Both the position numbers and the translations under genes were made by a program. Below, in pieces: positions 28,507 to 36,963 of a stretch of DNA of 64,000 nt. The notes below the pieces were generated by a model, which was given only the letters and a program-made list of their open reading frames with translations, made no database searches and was not told where the DNA came from. Positions within the stretch are counted from its first letter, which is position 1; every line of letters starts with the position of its first letter. The stretch is from Bacteroidota bacterium (GTDB lineage: Bacteria > Bacteroidota > Bacteroidia > Bacteroidales > PUMT01): positions 67,026 to 131,025 of the forward strand of contig JBBIHY010000001.1 of the NCBI GenBank assembly GCA_037446695.1, read 5' to 3'.

Positions 28507-30939
28507 ATGATGAAAAATCTGAATTATAAGTTGTTTGTACCACATCTGGTAGCAATTGTTGCATTTTTGATTATTTCGCTGGTTTATTTCTATCCCCTTG
28601 TTGAGGGAAAAATACTGAAGCAGGGTGACATCATCCAGTTCAGGGGCATGGCCAAGGAAATTGCCGATTTTCGCGAAAAAACCGGGGAAGAGGCCTTGTG
28701 GACGAATTCTATGTTCGGAGGCATGCCAGCCTTTCAGATTTCGGTATATTATTACAACAATTTTGCAAGGTATATTGACACAATTCTTTCATTTAATCTT
28801 CCGGTACCTGCCAAATATCTTTTTCTCAGCCTGGCTGGTTTTTATATTCTTTTGCTGGTCTTCAGGGTGGATCCATGGCTGGCTATTGCCGGTGCCATAG
28901 CCTTTGGATTTTCCACCTATTTTTTCATCATTGAAGCAGCAGGACACAACTCAAAGGCTCATGCAATGGCATTTATGGCCCCTCTTATCGCTGGTATAGT
29001 ATTATCCTACAGGGGAAAATTACTGGCAGGAGCATTGCTTACCGGGGTATTCCTTTCGCTTCAGCTTTATACAAACCACCTGCAGATTACTTATTATACC
29101 CTGATGATTGTTGTTGTGTTTGGTTTGTATGAATTGGTTGCCTATGCAAGAGAAAAGCGAGTTAAAGAGTTTTTCAGAATTACTGCCATTCTTGTGTTGC
29201 CTGTTATTCTGGCAGTTGGCATGAACATTACCAATCTATGGCTTACCTGGGAATACAGCCACTATTCCACCCGGGGAAAATCTGAATTGACCGGTAAGCA
29301 GGAGATTCAAACAACGGGGCTTGACAAGGATTATATTCTGAATGATTACAGCTATGGCATTTCAGAAACAATGAATCTACTGATTCCTGATTTTAAAGGG
29401 AGATCACATAGTTTTTCAAAGGGCAGGCAATCTGAGGTGTACAGGGTTTTGGTTGATAATAAAGTTCCCGGGGCACGTGCCATTGCAGAAGGCCTTCCTA
29501 CTTACTGGGGGCCGCAGCGTTATACTGCAGGCCCCGTTTACATTGGAGCTACGGTAATTTTTCTATTTGTTTTCGGCCTTTTTCTCGTCAAGGGAAGACT
29601 TAAGTGGTGGTTGCTCACAGCGACTATTTTATCTGTCATGCTGGCATGGGGAAATCACCTCTATTGGTTTTCCGAGTTTTTCATTGATTTTGTTCCCGGC
29701 TACAACAAGTTTCGCACTGTTTCGATGATACTTGTAATAGCGCAGTTTACAATACCTTTACTTGGAATGCTTGCAGTCTCAGAATCAGTACAAAAAAAGT
29801 ACGAAAAGAAAGATGTTCTGAGAGCGCTGCAATACAGTATTTTTACACTCGGTGGAGTAGTTTTTCTTCTCTGGCTTATACCAGGGGCCTTTCTGAGCTT
29901 CAGTGGAAGTATTGACAAGGATTTGATTGCAGCAGGATATCCTGATTTTATTATAGATGCCCTCAGGGCTGACCGTCAGGCCATGATGCGCTCCGACACC
30001 TTCAGGTCACTGATTTTTATTCTGCTGACTGCTGCTATACTTCTTGTGTATTTTTATGAAAAGTTGAAATTGCAATTTCTTGTTGTTGGTTTGGCTGTTT
30101 TATTCCTTGCAGATCTTTGGTTGGTTGGAAGAAGATTTTTAAACTCCTCCAATTATGTTTCTAAAAGGGAGAACCAGCTGTTTTTTCAGCCTTCACAGGC
30201 TGATCAGCTTATTTTAAGTGATCCTGATCCGAATTTCAGGGTTCTGAATCTTACCCGCAGTCCATTTAACGATGCTGTAACATCCTACCACCACAAATCG
30301 GTGGGAGGCTATCATGGTGCAAAAATGGGGCGTTACCAGGAAGTGATTGAGAAGTACCTTGGCCGGCATGATATGAATGTTTTAAATATGCTCAACACAA
30401 AATACTTCATACTTCCGTCAGAAAACCAGGGCAATCCTGAGGTTCAGTTTAATGCTAATGCAATGGGGAATGCCTGGTTTGTTGACTCCTACCGGCTTGT
30501 TGAAAATGCCGATGAGGAATTGGAAGCTCTGGGCGCGGTTAATTTCATGGAAGAAATGATAGTTGATCGAAGGTTTAGTGAATTGCTGCCCGAAAATTTT
30601 GCCGGAAGAGATACTTTGGCAATCATTCAACTGGAAAGTTACAGCCCGAATCATCTGGTGTATTCCTATCAGTCAGTTACACCACAGTTGATTGTTTTCT
30701 CAGAAATTTATTACAGTAAGGGATGGGAAGCAAGTATTTCAGGTAAGAAATCGGAGCATTTCAGGGCGAATTATATTTTGAGAGGGATGTTTGTCCCAGA
30801 GGGAGAACATAAAATTGAATTCCGTTTCAGGCCAAGAGGGTATTTTACCGGAGAGAAGATAGCCCTTGCCAGTTCAGTATTATTATTGCTGTTTATTGCA
30901 GGGTTTTTCTTTAGGGAATACAAGGGAGTCATGAAGTAG
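28507..30939 (+). CDS. YfhO-like polytopic membrane protein (putative glycosyltransferase)
   Basis: It is about 810 aa from MMKNLNYKLFVPHLVAIVAFLIISLVYFYP. It has many TM helices in the first two thirds, a soluble C-terminal domain and a final TM helix, which is the YfhO-family architecture. The ORF-track start at 28438 lies inside the conserved upstream element and is probably not used. Confidence 0.7.
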   Translation: MMKNLNYKLFVPHLVAIVAFLIISLVYFYPLVEGKILKQGDIIQFRGMAKEIADFREKTGEEALWTNSMFGGMPAFQISVYYYNNFARYIDTILSFNLPVPAKYLFLSLAGFYILLLVFRVDPWLAIAGAIAFGFSTYFFIIEAAGHNSKAHAMAFMAPLIAGIVLSYRGKLLAGALLTGVFLSLQLYTNHLQITYYTLMIVVVFGLYELVAYAREKRVKEFFRITAILVLPVILAVGMNITNLWLTWEYSHYSTRGKSELTGKQEIQTTGLDKDYILNDYSYGISETMNLLIPDFKGRSHSFSKGRQSEVYRVLVDNKVPGARAIAEGLPTYWGPQRYTAGPVYIGATVIFLFVFGLFLVKGRLKWWLLTATILSVMLAWGNHLYWFSEFFIDFVPGYNKFRTVSMILVIAQFTIPLLGMLAVSESVQKKYEKKDVLRALQYSIFTLGGVVFLLWLIPGAFLSFSGSIDKDLIAAGYPDFIIDALRADRQAMMRSDTFRSLIFILLTAAILLVYFYEKLKLQFLVVGLAVLFLADLWLVGRRFLNSSNYVSKRENQLFFQPSQADQLILSDPDPNFRVLNLTRSPFNDAVTSYHHKSVGGYHGAKMGRYQEVIEKYLGRHDMNVLNMLNTKYFILPSENQGNPEVQFNANAMGNAWFVDSYRLVENADEELEALGAVNFMEEMIVDRRFSELLPENFAGRDTLAIIQLESYSPNHLVYSYQSVTPQLIVFSEIYYSKGWEASISGKKSEHFRANYILRGMFVPEGEHKIEFRFRPRGYFTGEKIALASSVLLLLFIAGFFFREYKGVMK

Positions 30940-31177
30940 GTTAAGGAGGAATAAATTACCGGGTTTTTTACCAATTGTCGGGGAACAGGGTTCTAACAAT
31001 TTGTTTTTGAATTTATTTTTGCTGAGCCTGCATGCCGCAGCAGGGGTTATTGGAGCATCTTTTTAACAGTATAATAGTTACAAACCCCGCCTTTGGCGAG
31101 GTTTGAATGACAAAAAGGATCAGTTGAAATACCTACCCTTGTTTTAGCCATTAAGAAGATAAAACTGCAGTGGATTT

Positions 31178-31798
31178 TCAGCAGCCTCCCTGAACCATTT
31201 GTTTCTTTTCTCTTGGCCTGATAGCAGGCAGAACAGGCTTTATTTTATCTTCTGCTGATGGAACCAACTCAACACCACCCAGTGCCTGACTGGCTCCCAT
31301 GCGAAACTCGTATTTGGCAAACTCCTCATTTGGGCTCAACCTGGAAGGGGGATTAGGATTAACTATTGCTTCCATCCAATAGTTTAAGCCACCCTGCATT
31401 ACATAATTGTTTTTGTATCCAAGTTGCCTGGTAATCATCCAGGCCTGGTTTGCCTTTACGGTTCCATTTGAATAAAATACATTGATTTTAATATCCTGGT
31501 CAAGGTATGGGACCCAGTCATTATTCAGTATATCCTCCAGTGGAATATTCATGGACCCTGGCAGGTTGTATTTTTCATACTCTGCCTGGCTACGTACGTC
31601 AATGAGTTGAAGCACAGGATTTTTTTCAACAATCATCCGGGCGATATCATCGGCCGAAATAAACTGGGTTTCACTTATCACCTCGCTTAGAAGCTGATCG
31701 GCGGTTAACTTATAGGGCTTGGTGGTATTATAGGGAACTGCAGCAATGATCAATCCCAGGGGGATAAGTACAGCGGCAAGTAAAACTCTTGGTTTCAT
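31178..31798 (-). CDS. Membrane-anchored rhodanese-like domain protein without a catalytic-loop Cys, with a C-terminal ...GGC tail
   Basis: It has an N-terminal hydrophobic anchor and a rhodanese fold (LIDVRSQAEYEKYNLPGSMNIP ... VFYSNGTVKANQAW...GY.NNYVMQGGLNYW). The active-site position is Tyr/Ser rather than Cys. The only Cys in the protein is the last residue (...KKQMVQGGC). Confidence 0.8.
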   Translation of the reverse strand: MKPRVLLAAVLIPLGLIIAAVPYNTTKPYKLTADQLLSEVISETQFISADDIARMIVEKNPVLQLIDVRSQAEYEKYNLPGSMNIPLEDILNNDWVPYLDQDIKINVFYSNGTVKANQAWMITRQLGYKNNYVMQGGLNYWMEAIVNPNPPSRLSPNEEFAKYEFRMGASQALGGVELVPSAEDKIKPVLPAIRPREKKQMVQGGC

Positions 31799-31842
31799 AA
31801 TTGTATTTTTTTGTTTTTAAAAATCAAACGAATACATGCCTC

Positions 31843-32433
31843 TTAATATTCTTCCCGCGGAAACTTTTTCTCTGCCCATTCTCCTGCCCAGAACATGGCC
31901 ATAGCGGCAAAAATAATAAGGAGTACCAATATGCCCGGTGCCAATCCAAGCAATTCGCTCATTGTTGGATAACCCATATTGTTTGCTTTATACAGGTTTT
32001 CCCACAAAGGATAACCTTCAGTAAATACGAGTACGCCCAGTAACATTCCCCCGATAAAAACAAAGGCATCAATTTTGCCAATGGCTGCTGCGCAAAAGCT
32101 CGTTCCCGGGCAAAAACCACCCGAAATAAATCCGACACCCATGATAACACCTCCAAGGATGGCAGATGTGAGGAAAGTTGGGTTAATATAGATATATTCA
32201 AGGTTTACCCAGCCAAACAGACTCGAGAAAAGCATTCCCAGCATCGCCACTATGGCTGCCGTGAAAAAAACCTTCAGTACGGTAGTGTCATAACCATAGA
32301 ACATTCCGGCAAGTTTGCGGCTTGATGAAAACCCGCTTTGCTCCAATACAAATCCAAAACCTATTCCAATAATAAATGCAAGGAACAGATTCATATTTTC
32401 TGATATTATTTCGTAAACTACAAGTGGTGCCAT
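31843..32433 (-). CDS. YeeE/YedE-family sulfur-compound transport protein (half-size, subunit B)
   Basis: It has about five TM helices. The GGFCPGTSFCAAAIG motif is typical of YeeE/YedE (sulphur transport, DUF395) repeats. Confidence 0.85.
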   Translation of the reverse strand: MAPLVVYEIISENMNLFLAFIIGIGFGFVLEQSGFSSSRKLAGMFYGYDTTVLKVFFTAAIVAMLGMLFSSLFGWVNLEYIYINPTFLTSAILGGVIMGVGFISGGFCPGTSFCAAAIGKIDAFVFIGGMLLGVLVFTEGYPLWENLYKANNMGYPTMSELLGLAPGILVLLIIFAAMAMFWAGEWAEKKFPREEY

Positions 32434-32445
32434 TGGAACAGGGGT

Positions 32446-32970
32446 TTAAATCCAGTTTTTTCTGAAAAAATATGCCATTATAAAGGCCGTGCCAAAAATA
32501 GCAGCCATGGTAACAAATCCACCCACGGAAAGCACGGCCATGCCACTTAATGCTGAACCACTGGTACAGCCTCTCCCGAGCTGCGATCCAAAGCCAAAAA
32601 GCAATCCGCCTGCCAGGGCAAATATAAGTCTGCGCCTGGAAGAAATCTTTGGGGAATGTTCAACCTTCCACCTGGTTCTGCCTGAGATGATACCCGAGAG
32701 AAATCCTCCGACAATAACACCGAGCACCTGGTAAACAAGCCAGGAGTTCATAGGATGTGTATCAGTGGCATTTTCCTTGTAATATTGGCTGTTCCAGTAA
32801 TGAGTGGGAGCAACCGCTTTAACCGTTGTTACAACGGTGTCTTTGAGTGCCCCGCTGGCTCCCAGGCCCCTCCCTGAAATGAGGTTCGCGGCCAGAAGTA
32901 CCAGGCCAAGCAATACACCCCCAAGATAGGGGTTCATATAATTTCGTGGTTTTCTTCCTTCTGATGACAT
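32446..32970 (-). CDS. YeeE/YedE-family sulfur-compound transport protein (half-size, subunit A)
   Basis: It has four TM helices. The FGFGSQLGRGCTSGSALSG motif is typical of YeeE/YedE repeats. Confidence 0.85.
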   Translation of the reverse strand: MSSEGRKPRNYMNPYLGGVLLGLVLLAANLISGRGLGASGALKDTVVTTVKAVAPTHYWNSQYYKENATDTHPMNSWLVYQVLGVIVGGFLSGIISGRTRWKVEHSPKISSRRRLIFALAGGLLFGFGSQLGRGCTSGSALSGMAVLSVGGFVTMAAIFGTAFIMAYFFRKNWI

Positions 32971-32985
32971 AAAAAAAATTTTTAA

Positions 32986-33927
32986 TTAATATAACCATCT
33001 ACTTTCCTGCCCTGCATAGGCTATTATAAAACGAAGCATCAGGCTTCCAAATAAAACCAGGGATGCTGTAAGGACAACAGGAATTTTATGTTTTCTCAAT
33101 TCAAGGATTTCCAGCACTGCAGGGAATATCATTCCCAAAAATACCACAAAGACCCAGAAGGGCGCGGTATATGGTCCTCCAAGGAAGAGCTTTGCAGCAT
33201 CAATCTGAACCTGTGTGCTCGCAAGAAAACCCATAAACATATGAATAATCAGAAATAGCTCTATACCAATAATAACAAGATCTATTCTGGCAAAAAGTGT
33301 TCTCTCCTGGTGAGATTTTGAAATTAGCATAATTGCAGCAGCACCTGCCGACAAACCGGATGCCAGGAAAAGTGGTCCCAAAATGGAAGTATTCCATAAA
33401 GGCCTTGCGTTAAAAGCAGAAAACAGGATGCCTGTATAAATCCCCAGTATTACTGAGAATACGAGTAATACCCAGGACATTTCAATTTTGTAACGGGTAA
33501 AGAAATTTTCCAGCCATTTCAGCCAATCGTATTTCCAGTCCCATTTTGGCCAAATCTCCCTGATATTGAGTGCACACCAGATAAAAGAGATGGGTGTAAC
33601 AACCATGAGTGTCCAGGCACCCCACGACATGGGAGATTCAAGCCGGATGGTGGTATACAGCTGCCAGAAATAGGGCTTGTTGTTGAGGTCAAGAAATAAC
33701 GCTACAAGTCCTATAACCAGTATGAAAGGGGTGATAAATGGTGCCCATTTAACTGCTGCGGGATATTGTTTTTCTTTTCCCAGGATGGTATACAGGGCAG
33801 CGAAAAACAGAATTCCTGCTGCAAGACCTCCCAGGAATAGGTATAGGGGAATATGCCAGTGCCATATGTGCAGATGGGGATCAATCATTGGATTCATCCT
33901 CCCGCTTATGATTAGTTCTTCTCTCAT
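32986..33927 (-). CDS. Polysulfide reductase NrfD-family membrane anchor (PsrC-like)
   Basis: It has eight predicted TM helices and a conserved N-terminal W..IP.YLFLGGLAAG motif of the NrfD/PsrC family. It lies directly after the 4Fe-4S subunit gene. Confidence 0.85.
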   Translation of the reverse strand: MREELIISGRMNPMIDPHLHIWHWHIPLYLFLGGLAAGILFFAALYTILGKEKQYPAAVKWAPFITPFILVIGLVALFLDLNNKPYFWQLYTTIRLESPMSWGAWTLMVVTPISFIWCALNIREIWPKWDWKYDWLKWLENFFTRYKIEMSWVLLVFSVILGIYTGILFSAFNARPLWNTSILGPLFLASGLSAGAAAIMLISKSHQERTLFARIDLVIIGIELFLIIHMFMGFLASTQVQIDAAKLFLGGPYTAPFWVFVVFLGMIFPAVLEILELRKHKIPVVLTASLVLFGSLMLRFIIAYAGQESRWLY

Positions 33928-33938
33928 TTCATTCAGAA

Positions 33939-34472
33939 TTATATAAGAAAATAGAGATGTGGCTGAGTTCCTGCTTCAGGAATAAGTGTTTTCCATTTGC
34001 GCTTTTTGAGCATGCGGGATACCTCACTATTGGGGTTATCCAGATCGCCAAAGTACATGCACTTTGTGGGACAAACTTCTACACAGGCTGGTTTCATTCC
34101 CTGTATGATGCGGTGCTCACAAAAGGTACATTTGTCAACATATCCATTTGGATGCGGAAACCGCGCATCGTAGGGGCATGATGTTATGCATGCTCCGCAA
34201 CCAATACACTTTTTTGGTTTCACAAGCACTATCCCTCCTGTTGAATAATGGCTTGCACCTGTGGGGCAGCACCTCACGCAGGGAGCATTATTACACTGAT
34301 TGCAACGTTCAGAGCGGATTTCAATTTCAAGTTGCGGATAAGTACCATCCGTAACTTCCACCACCCAGTCGCGGCAATAACCAATAGGGACCTTGTTTTC
34401 AGTCTGGCAGGCGACAACGCAGTCACTGCAGCCCACACATTTTTTCGTATCAACAGCCATTGCGTACCTCAT
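33939..34472 (-). CDS. 4Fe-4S ferredoxin-type electron-transfer subunit (PsrB-like)
   Basis: Four Cys clusters are present: CVGCSDCVVAC, CNQCNNAPCVRCCP, CIGCGACITSCP and CTFC...PACVEVCP. Confidence 0.9.
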   Translation of the reverse strand: MRYAMAVDTKKCVGCSDCVVACQTENKVPIGYCRDWVVEVTDGTYPQLEIEIRSERCNQCNNAPCVRCCPTGASHYSTGGIVLVKPKKCIGCGACITSCPYDARFPHPNGYVDKCTFCEHRIIQGMKPACVEVCPTKCMYFGDLDNPNSEVSRMLKKRKWKTLIPEAGTQPHLYFLI

Positions 34473-36706
34473 ACTTCAACCTCCTTAGCGTTATTTTCAA
34501 ACCTGAAGGTGACAAAATTTCCACGCATTCCGGTTCCTCCCATGATAGGATCATAGTGAACGCGGGTAATCATTTCAGTGTCATTTGCCCCGCGTCCATA
34601 AGCGCGGCTCAGTCTTTTATCGGCATGTCCAAATCCATGTACCATGTAAACCGAATCCCAACGAATCCTTTCGGTAATTCTCACCTTAATAGGGAAGGAA
34701 GTTATAACACCGTCCTGGTTTTCCAGGTAAACATACTGGTCTTGTTTCAGATCCCATATTTTTGCCACTGAGGGATTAACCCACAATGTGTTTTCATCCA
34801 TTAAATCTGTCAGGTTGGGATTATTCGCTGTACGGGAGAACGTATGCATGGGTGCACGGCCGTAATTTAACCGGTAGTAACCTTCGGGTGGCTCTTCGTG
34901 CGCTGTATAAACCGGAATTGGATCAAATCCTGCTTCAGCGAGGGTAGTGGAGTAAAGCTCAATCTTCCCGGTATTGGTATCAAATTCAACATCTTCGCCA
35001 TCAGAGAAATACAAATCATCGTATTCCCTGGGGAATAGTTTTACTCCAATCCTTTTCATTTCTTCCAGGGAAGACCCCATTTGTTTCAACTGCCAGTCCA
35101 GCATCACTTCAATACTTTCCCATGCAAAGAATTCTTCAAGGCCCATTTTTTTTGATAATTCCTTTGCCATCCAGTAGGCTGGTTTGGAATTGTAAAGTGG
35201 CACTGTTGCAGGCATGCGAAGAGCAATGTTTGGCTGCCTGTGAGGGCTGTTTCTGATTAGGTCGTATCTTTCGAGATAGGTACACTCCGGTAAAACCACA
35301 TCGGCCCATCCGGTAATTTCCACCGGCATTGTATCCACAACCACAATGAGATCCAAATTCTGAATTGCTTCCATTGTGTTTTTCTGGTTGGGCAGTGTCA
35401 TGAAAAGATTTGTGCCGTTTACGATCCATGCCTTAAAAATACAATCATTTGCAACTCCGGGGATGGAAGCATCACAGATGCCTGAGGCTAGTGCAAGATC
35501 TGCCAGCGGGTATTTATTGGGGAATGCCGCTTTCCATGTCCTTTTTGGTTTCGGGAAAGGGGGCTGTGGATACCTTGGAATTGTCATCCTGTCGGGCATA
35601 TAAAATCCTCCACGTCTTCCCCAGCTTCCTAGCAGGGCATTAATTATTGCCACCGCCCGCAGCCTTTGCGTGTCATCGCCATACCAGGTAACATGTCTGC
35701 CGGGGTGTACAATAACCGAAGGGGAGGCATTAGCCATCTCCCTAGCAGTTTTCCTGATAACCGATGGCTCAATGGTGGTGATTCCATAAGCCCATTCGGG
35801 TGTCATGTTTTTCACATGCTCTTTTAACTGGTCAAATCCAAATGTGTATTGCTCTACAAATTTTTTATCATACCATTCCTCGTAAATGATAACATGGATC
35901 CATGCCAATAAAAGTGCAAGGTCAGTTGCGGGTTTAATGGGAAGCCAGAATTTTGATTTACTTGCGGCTACAGAAAGCCTGGGGTCAACTGTAATAATAG
36001 CAGTACCCTTGTCGATGGCATCACTCATTTCCTGTACTTGCCCGTTGTGCATATTTTCTCCCAGGTGAGAGCCAATAAGTACAAGGCATTTTGTGTCGCG
36101 TATATCCGTTATTTCGGGGGATTCAAGTCCCTGGCCATATGTGGCAATGAAGGCTGCCTCCCTGGGGCCGCGGCACTGTGCATACGAAGGAGCAGCTATT
36201 GTGGTTGAACCCATTGCCTGCAAAAGAGTGCCAAAATAATCTCCACCAGATCCGTGAGTAAACAGGGCAATACACTCAGGACCGTGCTCTTCTGCAACGG
36301 CTTTCAGCTTTTCGGCAATGTATTCAAATGCCTCATCCCATGTTGCTTCCCTGAATGTCTGATTACCTCTTTCACCAGTACGAATGAGAGGTGTTTTCAG
36401 CCGGTCTTCATCATAGTACATCCCTATACCTCCTGTTCCGCGTGGGCAAAGCCTGCCATTGCAGCAGGGATCATCACTATTACCAATGACTTTCCAGATT
36501 TTACCTTTTTCGTCCTTATAAACCCATCCTGCACATTTCCAGAAACATACTTCACAGTAGGTTGGTGTTCTGGAAAGATCAAGTGACAGGTTGGCGGCAA
36601 AATCTTCGGGCAGCAGATTTTTCAGAGCATTTGTTGTTCCGCCAGCGAGGGCAAAACCTCCTAGTCCCAGGGCTGAGATCTTTATAAAATCCCGTCTTGT
36701 TGCCAT
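34469..36706 (-). CDS. Molybdopterin oxidoreductase catalytic subunit, polysulfide/thiosulfate reductase-like (PsrA/PhsA-like)
   Basis: It has a twin-arginine signal (MATRRDFIKISALGLGG) and an N-terminal 4Fe-4S motif (CEVCFWKCAGW...C..GRLCPRG). The 745-aa length and the Mo-bisPGD family domain order fit. Substrate cannot be assigned from sequence alone. Confidence 0.88.
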   Translation of the reverse strand: MATRRDFIKISALGLGGFALAGGTTNALKNLLPEDFAANLSLDLSRTPTYCEVCFWKCAGWVYKDEKGKIWKVIGNSDDPCCNGRLCPRGTGGIGMYYDEDRLKTPLIRTGERGNQTFREATWDEAFEYIAEKLKAVAEEHGPECIALFTHGSGGDYFGTLLQAMGSTTIAAPSYAQCRGPREAAFIATYGQGLESPEITDIRDTKCLVLIGSHLGENMHNGQVQEMSDAIDKGTAIITVDPRLSVAASKSKFWLPIKPATDLALLLAWIHVIIYEEWYDKKFVEQYTFGFDQLKEHVKNMTPEWAYGITTIEPSVIRKTAREMANASPSVIVHPGRHVTWYGDDTQRLRAVAIINALLGSWGRRGGFYMPDRMTIPRYPQPPFPKPKRTWKAAFPNKYPLADLALASGICDASIPGVANDCIFKAWIVNGTNLFMTLPNQKNTMEAIQNLDLIVVVDTMPVEITGWADVVLPECTYLERYDLIRNSPHRQPNIALRMPATVPLYNSKPAYWMAKELSKKMGLEEFFAWESIEVMLDWQLKQMGSSLEEMKRIGVKLFPREYDDLYFSDGEDVEFDTNTGKIELYSTTLAEAGFDPIPVYTAHEEPPEGYYRLNYGRAPMHTFSRTANNPNLTDLMDENTLWVNPSVAKIWDLKQDQYVYLENQDGVITSFPIKVRITERIRWDSVYMVHGFGHADKRLSRAYGRGANDTEMITRVHYDPIMGGTGMRGNFVTFRFENNAKEVEV

Positions 36707-36963
36707 AAATGTTGCATTGATTTATAAAGAAACCTGATACTTATTTTAAATGTTATTGAATTAACAGTAATATTCACACAATGATAGGAATTTTTTGCAT
36801 CAGATCAAAAAACCACGGGAACCAGGGTTGTTACATAAAGCTCAGATAATCAATTAATAAGAAAACTCGCTTTACAAAGAATAAAAATATATAAATACTA
36901 ACATATTGAGATATAAGGATTAATGTTTTTATTTAGACTGTAAATAAATTAGGATTATCCCTC

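Noticed and set aside
31081-31105. An 11-bp hairpin with one mismatch, CAAACCCCGCC-ttt-GGCGAGGTTTG, lies downstream of the rhodanese gene.
   Set aside because: No U-tract follows on either strand, so it is not a convincing intrinsic terminator. It is left unannotated.
34148-35643. Multiple 60-110 codon ORFs lie antisense to, or out of frame with, the psrA/psrB-like genes.
   Set aside because: They are embedded in strongly supported CDSs with clear cofactor-binding motifs. Their translations are featureless.
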